Positions 63,638 to 64,000 of a stretch of 64,000 nt of DNA are shown here, piece by piece. Position 1 is the stretch's first letter, and every line of letters begins with the position of its first letter. The DNA comes from Salpingoeca rosetta (Eukaryota; Protista; Choanoflagellata), in contig JAWQFM010000026.1 in assembly GCA_033442325.1 (NCBI GenBank), positions 532,706 to 596,705 of the forward strand, in the 5' to 3' direction. Below the pieces are notes generated by a model that had not been told where the DNA came from, did no database searches, and worked only from the letters and a program-made list of their open reading frames with translations. Both the position numbers and the translations under genes were made by a program.

Positions 63638-64000
63638 TGTTGTAGGAGTTCGTTGTTCCGTGCATTCATAGCGATTCAAGACTTGTTGATGGCAGTGCTT
63701 GGTTTGATGTCGTGTGATGTGGTGTGAACTGAAGGTGCTTCACGGTGTGAATTGCTGCTGCTGTGCTGTTCTGATTTGACAACATCGAATTCGATTAGAA
63801 ACTACATCCCGCGAACAGCATGTGTGGTCCACTCTATTGTTCCTGGCGCATGCTGGGTAGTTGATCTTCTCTTTTCCGTACACTGGTGCCTTCTCTTTCT
63901 CCATTTTGACTCTCTTGAAGCTGTTGTGTACATGTGTGTACATGTGTGTGTGTGGCGTGTGTGTATCGTGCGTGTGTGTGCATGTGTGTGTGTGGCGTGT

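Overview
Eukaryotic, very intron-rich genomic DNA with introns full of (GT)n/(CA)n microsatellites. Style and gene content suggest a choanoflagellate such as Salpingoeca rosetta (inference). I reconstructed about ten spliced genes by hand: a HARE-HTH chromatin-type protein (partial, with a duplicated block at an assembly gap), synaptojanin, MPP6, a cytosolic LRR-coiled coil-TKL kinase-PARP-like protein, V-ATPase subunit H, cardiolipin synthase, CANT1 apyrase, a membrane-anchored Cu-only SOD repeat protein, a TRPA-type ankyrin channel and an ATF4-like bZIP factor. The most striking locus is 16.5-24.8 kb. It carries 13 symmetric 84-nt LRR exons in near-identical exon+intron tandem units (exact 287-bp period in the core). 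Amino-acid variation concentrates on the ligand-facing LRR beta-strand, which spans each splice junction. The array is joined to heptad-sized coiled-coil exons, an intact-looking kinase and an H-Y-E ADP-ribosyltransferase, making it a candidate diversifying intracellular immune sensor-effector. A second candidate system is the head-to-head Cu-only SOD repeat protein / TRPA channel pair. Exon boundaries are manual and unverified by transcripts. Most entries in the ORF track are microsatellite artefacts.
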